A stretch of 61,855 nt of DNA, filler included, from Basidiobolus ranarum (GCA_040143965.1; 14 parts of 14 records of this genome joined end to end with filler, not necessarily neighbours in it); one strand, 5' to 3'. Shown: positions 36,830-50,737, counted from the first letter of the whole stretch. The notes: generated by a model not told the origin, from the letters alone. Numbers and translations are program-made.

Positions 36830-39761
36830 CTATACAAGACCGAAGCCCCGTGCGTTTTCAATGGCAGTCAGTAGGCATTTCTTCAGTTTTGGTCTCGTAG
36901 AGTATTCAGGTAACAATAATCTTCCGAAACAAGTCAGGGCAGTAGGTAGACGCTCCGAATCCGGACCGTTTCTCTGTATGACAAATGTGACAGTGCCAAG
37001 TCCTATGACTGGGATACGATCGCTAGCGGTAACGAATATTAATAATTTCTTTTGTTGATCATTTGTCAGCTCATGAACAATACTCCAGAAATTACGTATC
37101 ACATAGTGCTCTGGACTATAGCCATCATCATACTGAGCACCACCCTCTAACTCACTGAGATTGAACTCCGAGTTACCACATAAAAGCAGCTCCAACTCCT
37201 CTGGCCTTAGCATTGACATGGCAGTCCCACCACATACTCTTAGAAATCCATCCCTTAACGCGGCGAATTGCTTGGTTACATATTTGTTTGCAACATGATC
37301 AATATACAATTGAACATATTCATCACGGTTGCTATTAGTGACGGGTCTATTAGCACCATCTGGGATTAACGGATAGCTGGTCATTACTCCATTTTCATCG
37401 TAGGCAATTTCGAATTCGCGCATGAACACATCATAAACATCACCATCTTTCCATTCCAACATCTGCTCCAAACCTCTACCAAGCTCCGGGAATCCTTCCT
37501 TCATGTCGTCCAAAGTGATTGGTTTTCCGAGGATTTTTTTATACATCAATTTAGGGAAGTTGGCTCCAATGATAACTCCATTATACAAAGCCAATCCAAG
37601 AATTACCCCAACCAATTCGAAATATTTTTCACTTTCTTTGGAGGCACCATTGATCCAAGAGTATCTAGTATTTTCATCGTAGACAAACATCCCGAATACT
37701 GGATCAAGTAACTTAGCCACCAGCTTTTGAAAGAATTCCTTTTGCACACCGCCCTTATCGATCCCCTCTTCACCACCATTGATGAACCTAATCTTAAGGG
37801 GTTTCTTCAAATTTTTGGCCTTCGCTTCTACTTGAGTCAAGGTATCCTGGATGAAATATTCTCGACGAATCTCCAAGATAAAATAAGGACAAGTTAACCG
37901 ACGTAAACTCTCTTCGATTCTAGTGGCTTTCTGAGAATCCTGCATAAAACGTTGAGCATGTAAAACGAGGGCATGATGCACACACGCATCCTCATATTTC
38001 TTCGACATTTGACAAACAGCATCCACATGAAAAATCAAGCTTTTAGCACTAGGATCAAATAGGAATGGATAATTGAAGTAAGAGAATTTGGAGATTTTAC
38101 GTACTGAAGATCCCAAACTCACTTTACCATCCAGTTCAATGGATTTTTTCCATAATCGATATTCGTCTTTGATGTTCATGGTGCTTGAAAGAACTGTATT
38201 GTAAAATGCCCCAGGTGAGACGATATGTTCAGGGCGGGAAGTCTCATTAGCATCATACAACAATCCCAATACTTTAGTCGCACAAGCGGCAGGGTCATCC
38301 AGTCGCGGATTCGATTGAAAATGGTTGCCGAGATAATCATGAAACATGTTAATAATGTTCAAGAAACCGGGAGCATCATAAGTAGAAAACCACTGTAGTA
38401 AAACACTCCTAGCAGAGCCTGACACCTGACTCAGTACTTCTGCAAGTTTGCGAAGTAGTGATTCAGAGTAAAAGGGGTCTCTCATCAAAGGGTTCTCCAA
38501 CAAAATCAATAAAACTCTCAACCCTTCAGCTTTTGATAATCGCTTAGAGTTGATCTCCAATTCAGCAAGTACGATTTCAGAAGCCGCGGCTAAAGTGTCT
38601 ATAAACATTTGTCTAGGCCTTTGTTGAAGGATCAACTTGTAAGAGTTGCGAATAGAATCTACATCCAATCCAGACATATGTTCTTTTTCAGTAGACTCAG
38701 CCAAAAAACTAGCATTAAGAGTGTTTGTGGACGAGAAAACAGTTCGAATGGTGTTAATGAGAAATTTCGAATCAGTAGGTCCAGTTACTACAGTACGTCG
38801 AGAAAGGGATCGATAATGTCGATATGACATCAGAGGTTTCGGTGACTTTGGTATCACCTCTCCTATTTCTCTCTCCTTTCCTTTAACCTCTGACCAATCA
38901 TCTTGATCTTCTTTGCAAGCCGAAGCAGAATCGTTCGGCTCAGATGAGTAGGTTGCGATTGTACGTTGCAACAATGGTAAGGTTAAATAGCTAAGGCTGA
39001 GTTGTGGCTCAATATCATCGCCTTCATTGCTTAGCAAAGATCTCCAATCAGAATTAGATTCATCTTCTTCTGAACCCTGTCCACTAGTACAGCCGTCCGA
39101 GGGGGTATGACGGAATGGAATAAAGTCAACTTTAAGAAAGGTTTTTGGGTTAGTTCATTACAATATTAATAAATAAATATTATTGGAATAGCATACAAGA
39201 ATGACTGAGGAGTTTCGGGAAACCTAGATAATTACGCTCTCTTCGAGTGCCGTTAGATCCAATTATTTCATTAGGAGAATCCGGCTCCAAATCATCTTGC
39301 CTACTGTAGCTGGATGTATTTCGCAGAAGTAATGCGGGAGATGATGCATCGTTATTGAAGAGCTTCCCATCGCTAGTAGAAGAAGTATTTTGTCTACGTA
39401 AACGTCGAGATAAAGTGGTAGAATCTAGCTGACTCGGAGTGTTAGAGTTGATACTATGTATCGCTGTCGAGATAGGAGCAGGGGAACTAGAAGCAGGTCG
39501 AGGTAGTTGACTAGTGTTCTTTCTATCAGAGGACGATGAAAACATGGACAGAAATGGGGTCGATGAAAACAAAGAAAACAAAAAAGGTTTAGCCTCTGCT
39601 TTTAGTGTACTCGATTTCACAGGTTTATCAGTTAAATTGCAAGAACTAGAGGTGGAATCAGATGTTGTGAAGAGTGTATTTGGAAGAGAAATGTCAGGCT
39701 CGGCAGGACAAGAAGAGCAAAAGTAATGACGTGAGCGAGAAGCCAGTTGAACAGCAAATAT
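36830..39761 (-). CDS. HECT E3 ubiquitin ligase (UBE3A/HECTD2/Hul4-like), 5'-truncated, one intron at 39130-39196
   Basis: LKKPLKIRFINGGEEGIDKGGVQKEFFQ, catalytic RLPTALTCF, C-terminal GFGLV. Intron GTATGC...CTAAC...TAAAG joins ORF 39180-39620 in frame. The frame stays open to the contig edge (AVQLASRSRHYFCSSCP, possibly the end of an AZUL domain). Confidence 0.95.
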
Positions 39762-39861
39762 NNNNNNNNNNNNNNNNNNNNNNNNNNNNNNNNNNNNNNN
39801 NNNNNTTAATTAATTAANNNNNNNNNNNNNNNNNNNNNNNNNNNNNNNNNNNNNNNNNNNN

Positions 39862-42800
39862 AAACTATAAATAGGACATATTCAATTCAATAAAACTTAA
39901 GTGTCTAATTCACAAATCCAAATCTTGTCCAAAACACTTCCAAATCCCCTAAACACTTTTATCACTAAGCACATCTGATAATCCTCCTTCATAGTAAACT
40001 ACAAGTAGGACATATACATATCAATGAAAACCAATTGTTGAAATGACAAATCAAATCTTGTCCAAAGCACTTGCAACTCCACTAAACTCCTGTATCAGGT
40101 CATAAGCCACAAGCTAGCTGTTAAAGGAATGTCTACTAGCACTATTACCAATATTTTTCCACCAATGGAGAAGTTTGATGGTGGGGACTTTAACAATTTT
40201 AAAGCACCAGCTGCATATGTTACTACAAGATAAGGACCTTTGCCAATTTGTGATAGGAGAAGAAATAGAGCTAAAGGGACCACCAGAACCTATCCTTGCC
40301 TTTTACAAGAAGCAGAGGAATACATTATCTGCACTATGTTTACATCTCAGAGACTCTTTGTTCAGGCACATACACTCAAATAGAGCTTAAGAGACCACCA
40401 GAAGCTGCCCTTGTCTCTTACAAGAAGGCAAGGAAAGCACTCTCAACACTTTGTCTATATCTGGGAGACTCTCCATTGAGATGCAAACACTCAGCCAAAA
40501 ACATTCAAAATGCTTGGAAAACACTTGTGGGGCTCAATGATACTAAGAGTGTTGCTAACAGGCTTAAAATTATTCCCAATTTGGATGAATTCTGGTGATT
40601 CTATGGCTAATGGTATGAATTAGACCCTAGCTATGATAGATCACCTCTCATCCATTGGAGTACCTCTCAATTAAGATGACATGGTCATATCACTACCAGA
40701 TAGTCTGCCAGATGAGTTTGGGAACCTTATAATAATTGAACTTGGATAAATAGCAACCCATTATTTAGTAGTGAGCTTATTTGTATTCTTATTATTTAGC
40801 ACTCATTTCTGTCATTCAAACACAAGTTTTTATTTCTCTAATAGTTTGAAATATCAATTAGATCACTTTTACCAATTTTCACTATATCTCAAAACTTCTC
40901 CAAATCACCTCAACTTCTCACCCATGCTTAACCAGCATGTTGGTTATGATCTAAGCATTTTCAATAGCACTATTTTATAGAAAGCTATAAATAGCATATA
41001 TTCCATTCCATAATACTTAGTTGTCTAATTCACAAATCCAAATCTTGTCCAAAAAACTTCCAAATCCCCTAGGCACTTTTATCATGTTATGTGCCCCAAG
41101 CTAGCTGTTGAACAAATGTCTACCAGTACTATCACAAGCATTTTTGCGTCCTCAGAGAAGTTTGATGGTGAAGGCTTTCACCTTTGGAAATTAAAGATGC
41201 AAATGGTGCTAGAAGACAAGTACCCTTGGGCATTTCTTGCAGGAGAAACAATACAGCCAAAGCAACTACCAGAAGCTATCATTTCCTTTAACAAGAAGCA
41301 GAGGAAAGTACTCTCTACACTTTATCTACATTTCAGAGACTCTCAATTGAGGCACATACACTCAGAAAAAAACATCTAACCTACTTGAAAATATTTGAGA
41401 AACATTTGCAACTGTTGTACGAAACCAGGCTATTTAATCAAAGATTGCCATACAAAAAAGGAAGGTTCACTTAGGTGATGACTGTGCACTTGATGAAGAT
41501 AGTAAGGGCACAGTTGTGCTCAATGAGACCAAAATTCAGCTGCAACATCTGCAGAATTGGATGAAGTACTCATTATATCAAATATAGCCAAGCATCTACT
41601 CACAGTAAGCCAAGCAACAGCACAAGGACTTAGTGTTGTATTCAGCAAGGCTGGATCTACTATCACAAATCATAATAGTACCAAATTAGCTACTGGGATC
41701 AAAGCTCAAAACTTGTACAAGCTAGAAATCAACAAAATGCTTTCTAGACATACAATCTTGGCCAATACCGGTGAAATAAGCTGACAAATGTGAAATGGAA
41801 GAGTAGGCAACATTGGGAAACAAAAACTGACCCAAATGATCCAAAAGCAGCTAGTGTTGGGCTCAGAAATCAATAATATTACTAAATTAGATATGTGTGA
41901 AGGTTGTATATATGGAAAACATCACAGACAGCCATTTGCAAGTTCAGGAGTGATCAAATCCACTCAGAATATTTTGCTTGATTCATTCTGACCTCTGTGG
42001 GCCCATGAAAAACAACTCACTACCTGGTGAAAGTTACTTTATGACCTTGATTGATGACAAAGCAAGATATACTAGGGTATTCTTTCTCAAATCAAGATCT
42101 GAAGCCTTAGCTACATTCAGGCACTGCAAAGCAGTGGTTAAGAAAGAATCAGCTCAAAAAATAAGGGTATTAAGGAATCAAAATGGCAGAGAATGCTGCT
42201 CTAAAGACTCTGCTAGTTTTGTTCTAAACATGGAATTAAGCAACAAACTACTGTACTGTTTAGTCAATGGCAAAATGTTGTTGCAGAATATACAAATAGG
42301 AACATTGTGGAGATGGCAAGTTCAACATATCATGATCAAAAGTTGAATCATCAATTTTGGGCTGAGTTTGTCCCTACTGCAGTGCATATCAAAAACAGAT
42401 GCCCAGCAAGATTGCTACAAAATTCAACTCCATTTGAAGCCCTTCAAGGATCAAAACCAAGTATGGAGCATATCAGGATCTTTGGTTGCATAGCACTTTA
42501 CTATATTCCAGCACAAAAATGCTTGAAATTGGAACCCAAAGACAATAAATGCATATATCATGGTTACTATGCTGTATCCAAGACCTACAGATGACTTGAT
42601 ATGAGATATGAGATTTCTGATGGAGAAGTAAATTGTTTACCCCAAATCAAGGTGCTTAATCCAGAAACACAAACAGCACTATTCAGGAGGGGTCTGACAG
42701 AATCCAGCTCTATCTGAGCCTAATTCAACCCAAATTCCAGCCCTTATTACCTCAGAGGAATATTCAGGACCTAGAACAACATTGAGAAGGAGATATAAGC

Positions 42801-44071
42801 TAGGGAACTGGTGAAGCACTTTTAACAATGATGTATATGCTTATGTAGCTTTCTGTGACAAGTCACTAACTTCAGATCAAGCTCTGGAGTGTCCCAAACC
42901 CATAGTATGGGAAAAAGCAACATCCAATAAGTTTTTTTCATTTCAGATTGGTAAAACCTAGGTTTTAAGTCATTTGCCATTGGTGTAAAAGCCAATACAT
43001 TGCAAATGTGCCCACAAAGTACAAAACCAAGCTGATGGAACCATAGAAAGGTTCAAAGCAATATTAGTTGCATAAGGTTATTCCCAGACTGCAGGAGTAG
43101 AGTTTAATCAGACCTTGGCTCCAGTAGCTAAGTTTAGCTTGACTAGATCAATTCTTGCACTCTCAGCCATTGATAACCTTGATATACATCACATGGAAGC
43201 AAAAACAGCATTTCTGAATGGAAATCTAGTAGAGATCTATATGGAGGGACCAGATCAATATGTTGACCAAAAAAGCCCTGATAAGGTCTGTCAACTGCAT
43301 AAATTGCTACATGTACTCAAGCAAGCACCCAGGGCATGGTATATAAGATAGATACCTATTTGGAATCACTAGAATATTCAAAATTCAAGGCAGATCATAG
43401 TATTTACATCATAACAACTGGAAACAGAATCCTTATTTGGGCAGTATATGTAGATTACCTGATCACAGCCACAAATGATCTAGAAGCACTTAATTAAACA
43501 AAAAGCCACTAATAAAACTAATTTCTAATGACTGATATTGGGAAATTAAGTGATTTCATAGGAAGATAAATCAAGAGAAATAAACCCAATCTGAAAGTCA
43601 TTCTGAATCAGTATACTTATATCCTAGGCTTCCTAAAGCATTTTAACATGGAGAATAGCAAGCCTCTATCAGCAACAATAGATCTGAAAATGAAGCTCAT
43701 CAAAATATCTTCCATTTTAACCCAAAATGATTCAAATCAGAGCCTGGAGTTCACTTATCACTTCATGTTGGGTAGTTGGATGTATGCAATGGTTGGAACA
43801 TGTCTCACCTTTGCTGTGGCAGTGGTAACCTACCATCAATACCACAAAAATCCAGGATCTGAGCACAAAACTAGAGTAAGATAGATATTTGGATATTGGA
43901 GAGAAACTGGAGATCTAATTCAAGAATACTCTGGCGCTTTTGAAGCATGCAATTTAGAAGGCAACAGTTACCCACACTGCAGAAGAAACCTTGATGATAG
44001 ATGATCAACATCTGGTCACAATTTTCCCTATGGTAATGGAGCTATACCTTGGGGAAGTAAGAAGCAACCAT
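39862..44071 (+). mobile_element. Stack of copia family-B pieces: LTR ends, PBS+gag (40098-40730), LTR (~40733-41084), PBS+gag (41085-41379) and decayed pol
   Basis: Gag EKFDGEGFHLWKLKMQMVLEDK. Integrase IHSDLCGPM. RT KTAFLNGNL and KQAPRAW. RNase H broken after SKKQP. Confidence 0.93.
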
Positions 44072-44185
44072 CCCTAACAAAAATAAAATCGATTTGATCC
44101 GGATTGGATCCACCCTCCAAAATAGCAAAACCGTCAGAGAACCGTCACAATATCATTGGCTTGCATTCTGCCAGGGATTTTGATG
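44072..44185 (+). mobile_element. DNA transposon terminus CCCTAACAAAAATAAAATCG inserted into copia RNase H
   Basis: Copia coding sequence stops abruptly at ...AAGAAGCAACCAT|CCCTAAC. Matches 31012-31269 in reverse complement. Confidence 0.82.
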
Positions 44186-44285
44186 NNNNNNNNNNNNNNN
44201 NNNNNNNNNNNNNNNNNNNNNNNNNNNNNTTAATTAATTAANNNNNNNNNNNNNNNNNNNNNNNNNNNNNNNNNNNNNNNNNNNN

Positions 44286-45300
44286 GATTGACAAGTGTTT
44301 TCCACTTGTACCAGGTTTGTGGCAAGCAACAGTTGCCAATCAACTGTGATAAAAGTATAAGAAAACCAATAAACACTTGGTTGCTAAGATTGGATTAAAC
44401 TCTCCCCTCCTCAATAATCAAAGCTGCTTCCTTTACTGTAAGTGTTATGAGTGCACTACTGCTTGACAATAGCAAAGATTCCATAGTAAAGCTGCTGCCT
44501 GCTGCTTTTTCATCTGATATACCCTCCAAGTCTGAATATACTGTTTCAGCCATGGTTACATTTCTACATATCTCATTCTGGTAATAAAATCATATTAACT
44601 GCATAGGATCTTAACTTTTATCAGTGTTCCCTAAACTTTGAGGTCAAGCACAACCAGTGAACTCATTGGACAAAACCAAGGTCAATTTGTGCACTTATGA
44701 CTGTGGATATCCACCAGGCTTTGTGCAGCAGGTGGCTTTGTCCAATGACCATGCTTGTGCTAATTTTTTCTGTGAAGCCTCTGGCTTTCATAGCACAAGA
44801 AATTTTGACAATTATAGCAGGACTTCTTTAAATGTTTTTGTTGCAGCATAAGAAGGATATTGCAGAATGAAGAAACCTCCTAAATAAGGGTAGTGTTTAA
44901 GGTACATCCCATCAATATCATCAGCAGATTATGGAAGGGTGACACAGATGAGTCACAGGGGATATATAAGTTATTTCCAGTTATGGATGGCAATTTTGGT
45001 CTATTATAAGCTATTTCTATGTGACTTCTTGATACCAAGTTAACCATCTGAAATTTCAATGCCAATCTATAAGCATTACAAATCTTAATCAGAATTGCTG
45101 CCAACCAAAAACCTACTGGCACAAAAGGAAAAAAATTAGCAAGAACAGAGAACTTAATTGATGAGCAGTCTGGTAATCCACTATTGACTTTGGACGGCAT
45201 TAACATGTCACAGCCAAAAATTACTAGGGCACAAAAGAAAGGAAATCTCATACAAAAAACAGCAAACCAAAGACTCTGAATATCAGAGCTGTCATCACTT
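44286..45300 (-). mobile_element. CACTA/Tnp2-like transposase N-terminal relic, paralog of 56850-57442
   Basis: 44286-44450 is the reverse complement of ~57125-57288. Confidence 0.65.
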
Positions 45301-45320
45301 GTCCTGACAATGAGTGGTTT

Positions 45321-48300
45321 TGATAAAAGTGTATAGGAGGTTTGGAAGTGTTTTGGATAAGATTTAGATTTACAAATTAGACACTTGAGTTTTATTGAAT
45401 TGAAAATATCTTATTTATAGTTTACTATGAAAAAGGACTATTGGATGTACTGGCATCATAACAAACATGCTTGTTAAGCATGGGTGAAAATTTGAGATAA
45501 TATTGAGAAGTGTTGAAAACATAGTCAAAATTGGTAGAAGTGATCTAATTGATAGAAATATCAATTAGAGCAATAAACACATGTTTTTGAATTGCAGAAT
45601 TGAGTACTAAATAATCAGAGTATGAATTACCACTGAATAATGTGTTGCCATGCACCTAATTGCAACATTCCTACTCAACTAATTGTTTTGTATTTCTCTT
45701 GTACCTAACTTGTTTTTTAATAATTGAAATTGTGTTTTAGCTAAATGCTTGGTAAATATATCAGCAATTATTTTTTCAGTAGGGCAATAGACAAGTTGAA
45801 TTATATCATTCTCTATTGCTTCTCTAACAAAATAATGCCTAACATCTATAAGTTTTCTTCAAGTTGGAAATGCTGAGTTTTTAGCTAATGAAATACAAGT
45901 TTGATTTTCTTCAAATACAGTACTAGCCCATTTTTGCATGTATTCTAAGTCTGTAAATAACTTCCTTAACCACATAGCTACTTGTGCAGCAGCAGCAGCA
46001 GCCATTTGGTGTTGCTTTTATAGTAGAAAGTGCTCTGGTTGGTTGCTCCTTACTATTCCAAGCTATGGCTTCATTACCATGGAGAAAAGTGTAACCAGTT
46101 GATGATCTTCTATCATCAAGGCTTCTTCCCCAGTCTGCATAACTGTTGCCTTCAAAACTCTGTGCATCAGGAGTGGCAAAGTGTTCCAGAACTAGATCAA
46201 TAGTTCCTCTGAAATATCCAAATATTTGTTTTACTACAGTTTTGCACTCAGATCCTGGATTTTTGAGATATAGGTAGACAGTTTCCCCCACCACAGCACT
46301 GTCTGGGTGTGTTCCAACCATTGTATACATTAAACTACCCTTCATGGATTGATAAGGGAACTCCTGGATTTGACTTGAGTTATTTGAGCCAAATTTTATG
46401 AAATGTTGACTAACTTCACATTGGGATCTATAGGTGTTGATACAGGCTTGCTATTATCTATCTTGAAGTGATTCAGAATATCTAGGATGTATGTAGACTG
46501 ATTCAGTATGATTTTCTGATTGGGTAAGTATCTCTTGATTTGGATGCCAAGAAAATCATTCAATTCACCTTTAGAAGTCATCTGAAATTGGTTTGATAAG
46601 CTCCTTTTGTCTGATTAAGTGCCTCCAGCTCATTTGTGATTATGATCAAGTTGTATACATGTGATGCCAAGATAAAAATCATATTTCTGGTTGTTTTGAT
46701 GTAAATAGTGTGATCTGCTGAGCATTTTTGGAATTCTACAGACTCTAAATGGGTATCTATCTTGTTTTACTATGCCTTGATGCTTGCTTGAGTCCAGATA
46801 GCAATTTTGCAACTTGTAGATTGTTTCAGGGTGTTTTATATCAAGAATACATCCAGCTGCTCCATAGAGATCTGTTCTTGTAGATTTCCATTTAGAAAGG
46901 CTGTTTTAACATCCATTACATGCAAAACAAGGTTATGGATGGCTGAGAGTGCTAAAATTGATCTAATGGAGTTAAACTTAGATACTGGAGCAAAAGTTTC
47001 ATTCAAGTCAATTCCTACAGGCTGGGAATGCCTTTTGCTACTAATCTTGAATGTTCCTATATATGGATCCATCAGTAGAGTTTTTGACTTTGTAGACCCA
47101 TTTGCAACCAATTGGCTTTTTCCCTGATGGAAGAGGATGGAAAACCCACGTTTTATTGTCCAGAGGTGCAGAAAACTCATCAGACATTGCTATTTCCTAT
47201 GATTTTTAGTTTAGAAAATCTAAAGCTTCATTCAAGAATCTGTGGCTTGTCACTGAAAGTTGCATAAGCATATACATCATCATTGGAGGTGTTATACCTG
47301 TTTTCTGGCTTCTCAATAATCTTCTAGGTCCTGGATCATCTTCTCATGTAATTTGGATCAGAATTCTGGTTAAATAGGGCTCAGTTAGAGCTGGAATTTT
47401 GTCAAATAAATGCTAAATAGTGCCAATTGTGTTTTCAGGATCAACAACTCTGATTTGAGGTGAAACTTCCTTTTTCATCAAAAATCACATCTCTGCACTG
47501 AATTAACTTCTACATTTTTGTATTAAGCAGTTTGTAGGCTCTAGATCCATCATAGTAACCGAGAAATATGCATTTTCAGCTTTTGGGTTCCAATTTAGAG
47601 CATTTTTGAGCTGCAATTAGGCAACATGCTGTCTAAACAAAGATCCTGAGATGAACCACTTTTGGTTTTGATCAATATAGGGCTTCAAATGTAGTGGAAT
47701 GTTGTAGCATTCTTGTTGGGCATCTGTTTTTGAAATAGACTGCAGTGGAGACAGAATCACCCCAATATTGGAAATCTAACTTTTGATCATTTAACAATAA
47801 TCTTGCCCTCTCCACTATGGTCCTATTAGCATATTTTGCATCTCAATTTTGCTGTGGAGTATAGAGTACAGTAGTTTGTTGATTAATTTGATGTTTTGAT
47901 CAAAAATTGGAAAGTCTTTTTGGTACTACTACCCTCCTTTATCACTCCTTAGTATTCTTATTTTTGTGATGATTCTTTCTCTATCATTGCTTTGTAGTGC
48001 TTGAATGTAGCTAAGGCTGCAGATTTTGATTTGAGAAAGAATAGTCAAGTTTATCTTGTTTTTCATCAATAATGGTCATAAAGTACCTGATCCCACCTAT
48101 TGAGATGTTTTTCATTGGCCGGCATGAGTCAGAATGAATCAGGCCACAATTTACAAGTGGATTTGATCTCTCCAGAGCTTGTAAACAGGTATCTGTGATA
48201 TTTTCCATGTATACAACCTTCACACATATCATATTTTGTGATATTTTCAATTTCTAAGCCTGGAACAGGCTGATTTTAGATCATTTGGGTCAGTTTCATG

Positions 48301-48606
48301 TTCCCCAATGTGGCCTAATCTTCTATGCCATGTTTAACAGCTTATGTACTGGCCAAGTTTGCATGCTCAGAATGCAATTTGTTGTTTGCTAGCTTGTATA
48401 AGTTTTGAATAGGGCAGACACAAATAGATGATCTCAATCAGTGCTTACTTGATTTGCTTGTTCCAATTTTAGCTTTTCGGCAGAAATCCTTTTTCTGCAA
48501 TCTTTGATTAAATGGCCTGGTTTCTTGAAATACTTGCAGATGATTAATTTCCTAATAGGAGCACCATTATTGAAGCCTGTTGGATGTTTTACAGCTCCAA
48601 AAATGC
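45321..48606 (-). mobile_element. Decayed copia family-B element: gag zinc knuckle, integrase, RT, RNase H and 3' LTR (45321-45667)
   Basis: ICKYFKKPGH, IHSDSCRPM, ETFAPVSKFNSIR, MDVKTAFLNG, ADWGRSLDDRRSSTGY. LTR starts TGTTGCAATTAGG after a degenerate PPT. Confidence 0.92.
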
Positions 48607-48759
48607 NNNNNNNNNNNNNNNNNNNNNNNNNNNNNNNNNNNNNNNNNNNNTTAATTAATTAANNNNNNNNNNNNNNNNNNNNNNNNNNNNNNNNNNNNNN
48701 NNNNNNTGACAATGTATCCGAAAAATCAGTGATAGGGGAAATGGAATGGGTCAAGAAGA

Positions 48760-49700
48760 CTCTACTCTATATTAACCTTCCAACAAAGACCTCTTTTCAA
48801 TTTGCTCATTGGTTTTCACATTGTTTGAGCACAATAACAGCAACAAAGCCCAATCCATGAACATAGTGTAAGTATCTCTATAATTTGCACTATTTTGTTT
48901 GTATGATTATCAGATGGGACTTGTAGGAAAGCTGCAACACAGACTAGTGTGTATATATATTGTGGAACTGTTTTATTGGTACCATAGACTTATAATATTT
49001 TAAGAAAAGCTGCAAGAAGGACTTCTTGGCAAGATAGATGAAGATACATGGTACCTTTGTTTTAGCAATGGCAAAATATACTCAAGTAGTGACACATCCA
49101 CTGGCTGTAGGACATTTGTTGATTGTAAGACAGGATTATTTTGGCTGAATACTATATAAATATTTGCACAAATTAAGGATTTATTGTTATAGACAATGGT
49201 TGCAAAAATTCGTTATTTGCCAACTGCCAGTTTTATTTGAAATTTGTGATTTTCAGCAATTTTGTTGCTGTTACTATGTTACTAAGATATATTGATATTA
49301 TAGAAATGGGTCTGATCAATAAAGTTTGTGTATATATAGAGACCATTTATAATAATATGCTAGTATTTTTTGATTTATATGATAGCTGGAGTACATAGCC
49401 TAAAAAGCATAAATATAGGCATGAAAGTTTATTTGAATTCAAAAGCAATTAGCCAATCAAAATACTAGCCAAAAAATGTTTTTTTCTAAATTTTTATGAT
49501 CTAAATATGCATGGCAGAAATTTGGAATCAATTCTTATACATGACTAAATACCATCAGAATGCCATTAAGATACCACATTTAAACCATCATTAAACCTGC
49601 AAAATACCAGCAGACAAATTTGTGACAGTTCTGAGATGAGATTGCCACCACAGGGGATGGATCTGATCCAGATAAGATTGCTTTTATTTTTGTTTCATTA
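48760..49700 (-). mobile_element. Old copy of the CCCTAACA-family terminal region
   Basis: Colinear with 31350-32010 and 31012-31265. It directly abuts the truncated peptide-precursor pseudogene. Confidence 0.72.
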
Positions 49701-49712
49701 CAACAGAAATAA

Positions 49713-50168
49713 TTACCCAAGTTCACTCTTGGTAAAATAAGGAAGCTCAAGCCATTCAGGTTTGAAGGAACTGGTACACTCATGAAAAGTACGATGCCTC
49801 AAACGAGTGTACCAGATATAAATACTCCAGTTACCTCTGATAGCGGCATTGCACCTAATGCAGACGTGTTTGAAGATACTAATGTTGACAATGGTGCCAG
49901 TGAGGAAGGAAATACGAGTTTAGATACTTCTCATGAAGAGACCGAGTTGCGACGATGAGGTTGAGGTGGACGCGGACATGGGGGTAGAGGAGGACGAGGA
50001 CGTGGTCGCTTTGGAAGAGGCCGAGGACGCTTTGGTCGTGGCCGGTTTCGCAGAGGCGGAAGATTCGGTCGTTTCGGCGGTCGCAGATTTGGTAGATTTG
50101 GCAGATTCGGCGGCTGGGGATCCGGATGGAACGATGACTGCGGTGGAGATGACTGTGGAGATTGTTAG
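49713..50168 (+). pseudogene. 5'-truncated pseudogene of the Gly/Arg/Phe peptide precursor (paralog 1)
   Basis: LPKFTLGKIRKLKPFRFEGTG...DTSHEETELRR*G*GGRGHGG...RFGGWGSGWNDDCGGDDCGDC*. In-frame TGA at 49956 and 49962. Signal peptide replaced by TE sequence. Confidence 0.88.
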
Positions 50169-50730
50169 TCTATTTGAATTCAAAATTGAGCACCGTTGAT
50201 GACTCTAAAAAATCAGCTCATACTAGACCTTTGCTCTTTTACTTCCACCTTCCTTTTGATTAATTTAATAAAAAGGCTCATATAGGACATAACACTAACA
50301 TACGAAAGTGTTTCATCAACACAATATCTTGATAATACCTCAGATGGGGGACTTATTCAATGGAGTACTAGCGTGCAAAAATCTTTAATTGAATTAACTG
50401 AGTGTTTATTCCCCATCAAAAGTAGCTTTATTTTTAATACATCAAGGGCTTAATTTCCTATGCTAAATGCTCATGCAACCCACAGTCTTGGCGATGATCT
50501 ATATCAACCATACGACAACTTGAAACTAGAAGTTAGATAATTACTAGCTTGCAAAATTATAGTAGTACACTTCCCTAGTTCAGGCTGCTGGATGTAAGGA
50601 ACTAATCAATAGTTTTGCAGGTAAAATAGCATGTATTAACCTCAACCATATATATGAATGAATACTTGGTCCTGCGCTTTGCTAGTGGAAAATATCTACC
50701 CATTGATATAATAAACTTATATTTTGCACG

Positions 50731-50737
50731 TATAAAG
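50731..50737 (+). promoter_or_regulatory. TATA box conserved between precursor paralogs (also 52470-52476)
   Basis: CGTATAAA at an equivalent distance from the ATG in both genes. Confidence 0.6.

Noticed and set aside
36920-36960. HECT active site LTCF instead of HTCF as an inactive or novel ligase
   Set aside because: The catalytic Cys and terminal Phe are intact, and I recall the LTCFGRLLLPEY variant from other fungal UBE3A-like ligases.
49956-49964. Two in-frame TGA codons as selenocysteine or programmed readthrough
   Set aside because: The gene also lacks its 5' end, and the stops are explained by CGA>TGA decay. No SECIS evidence.
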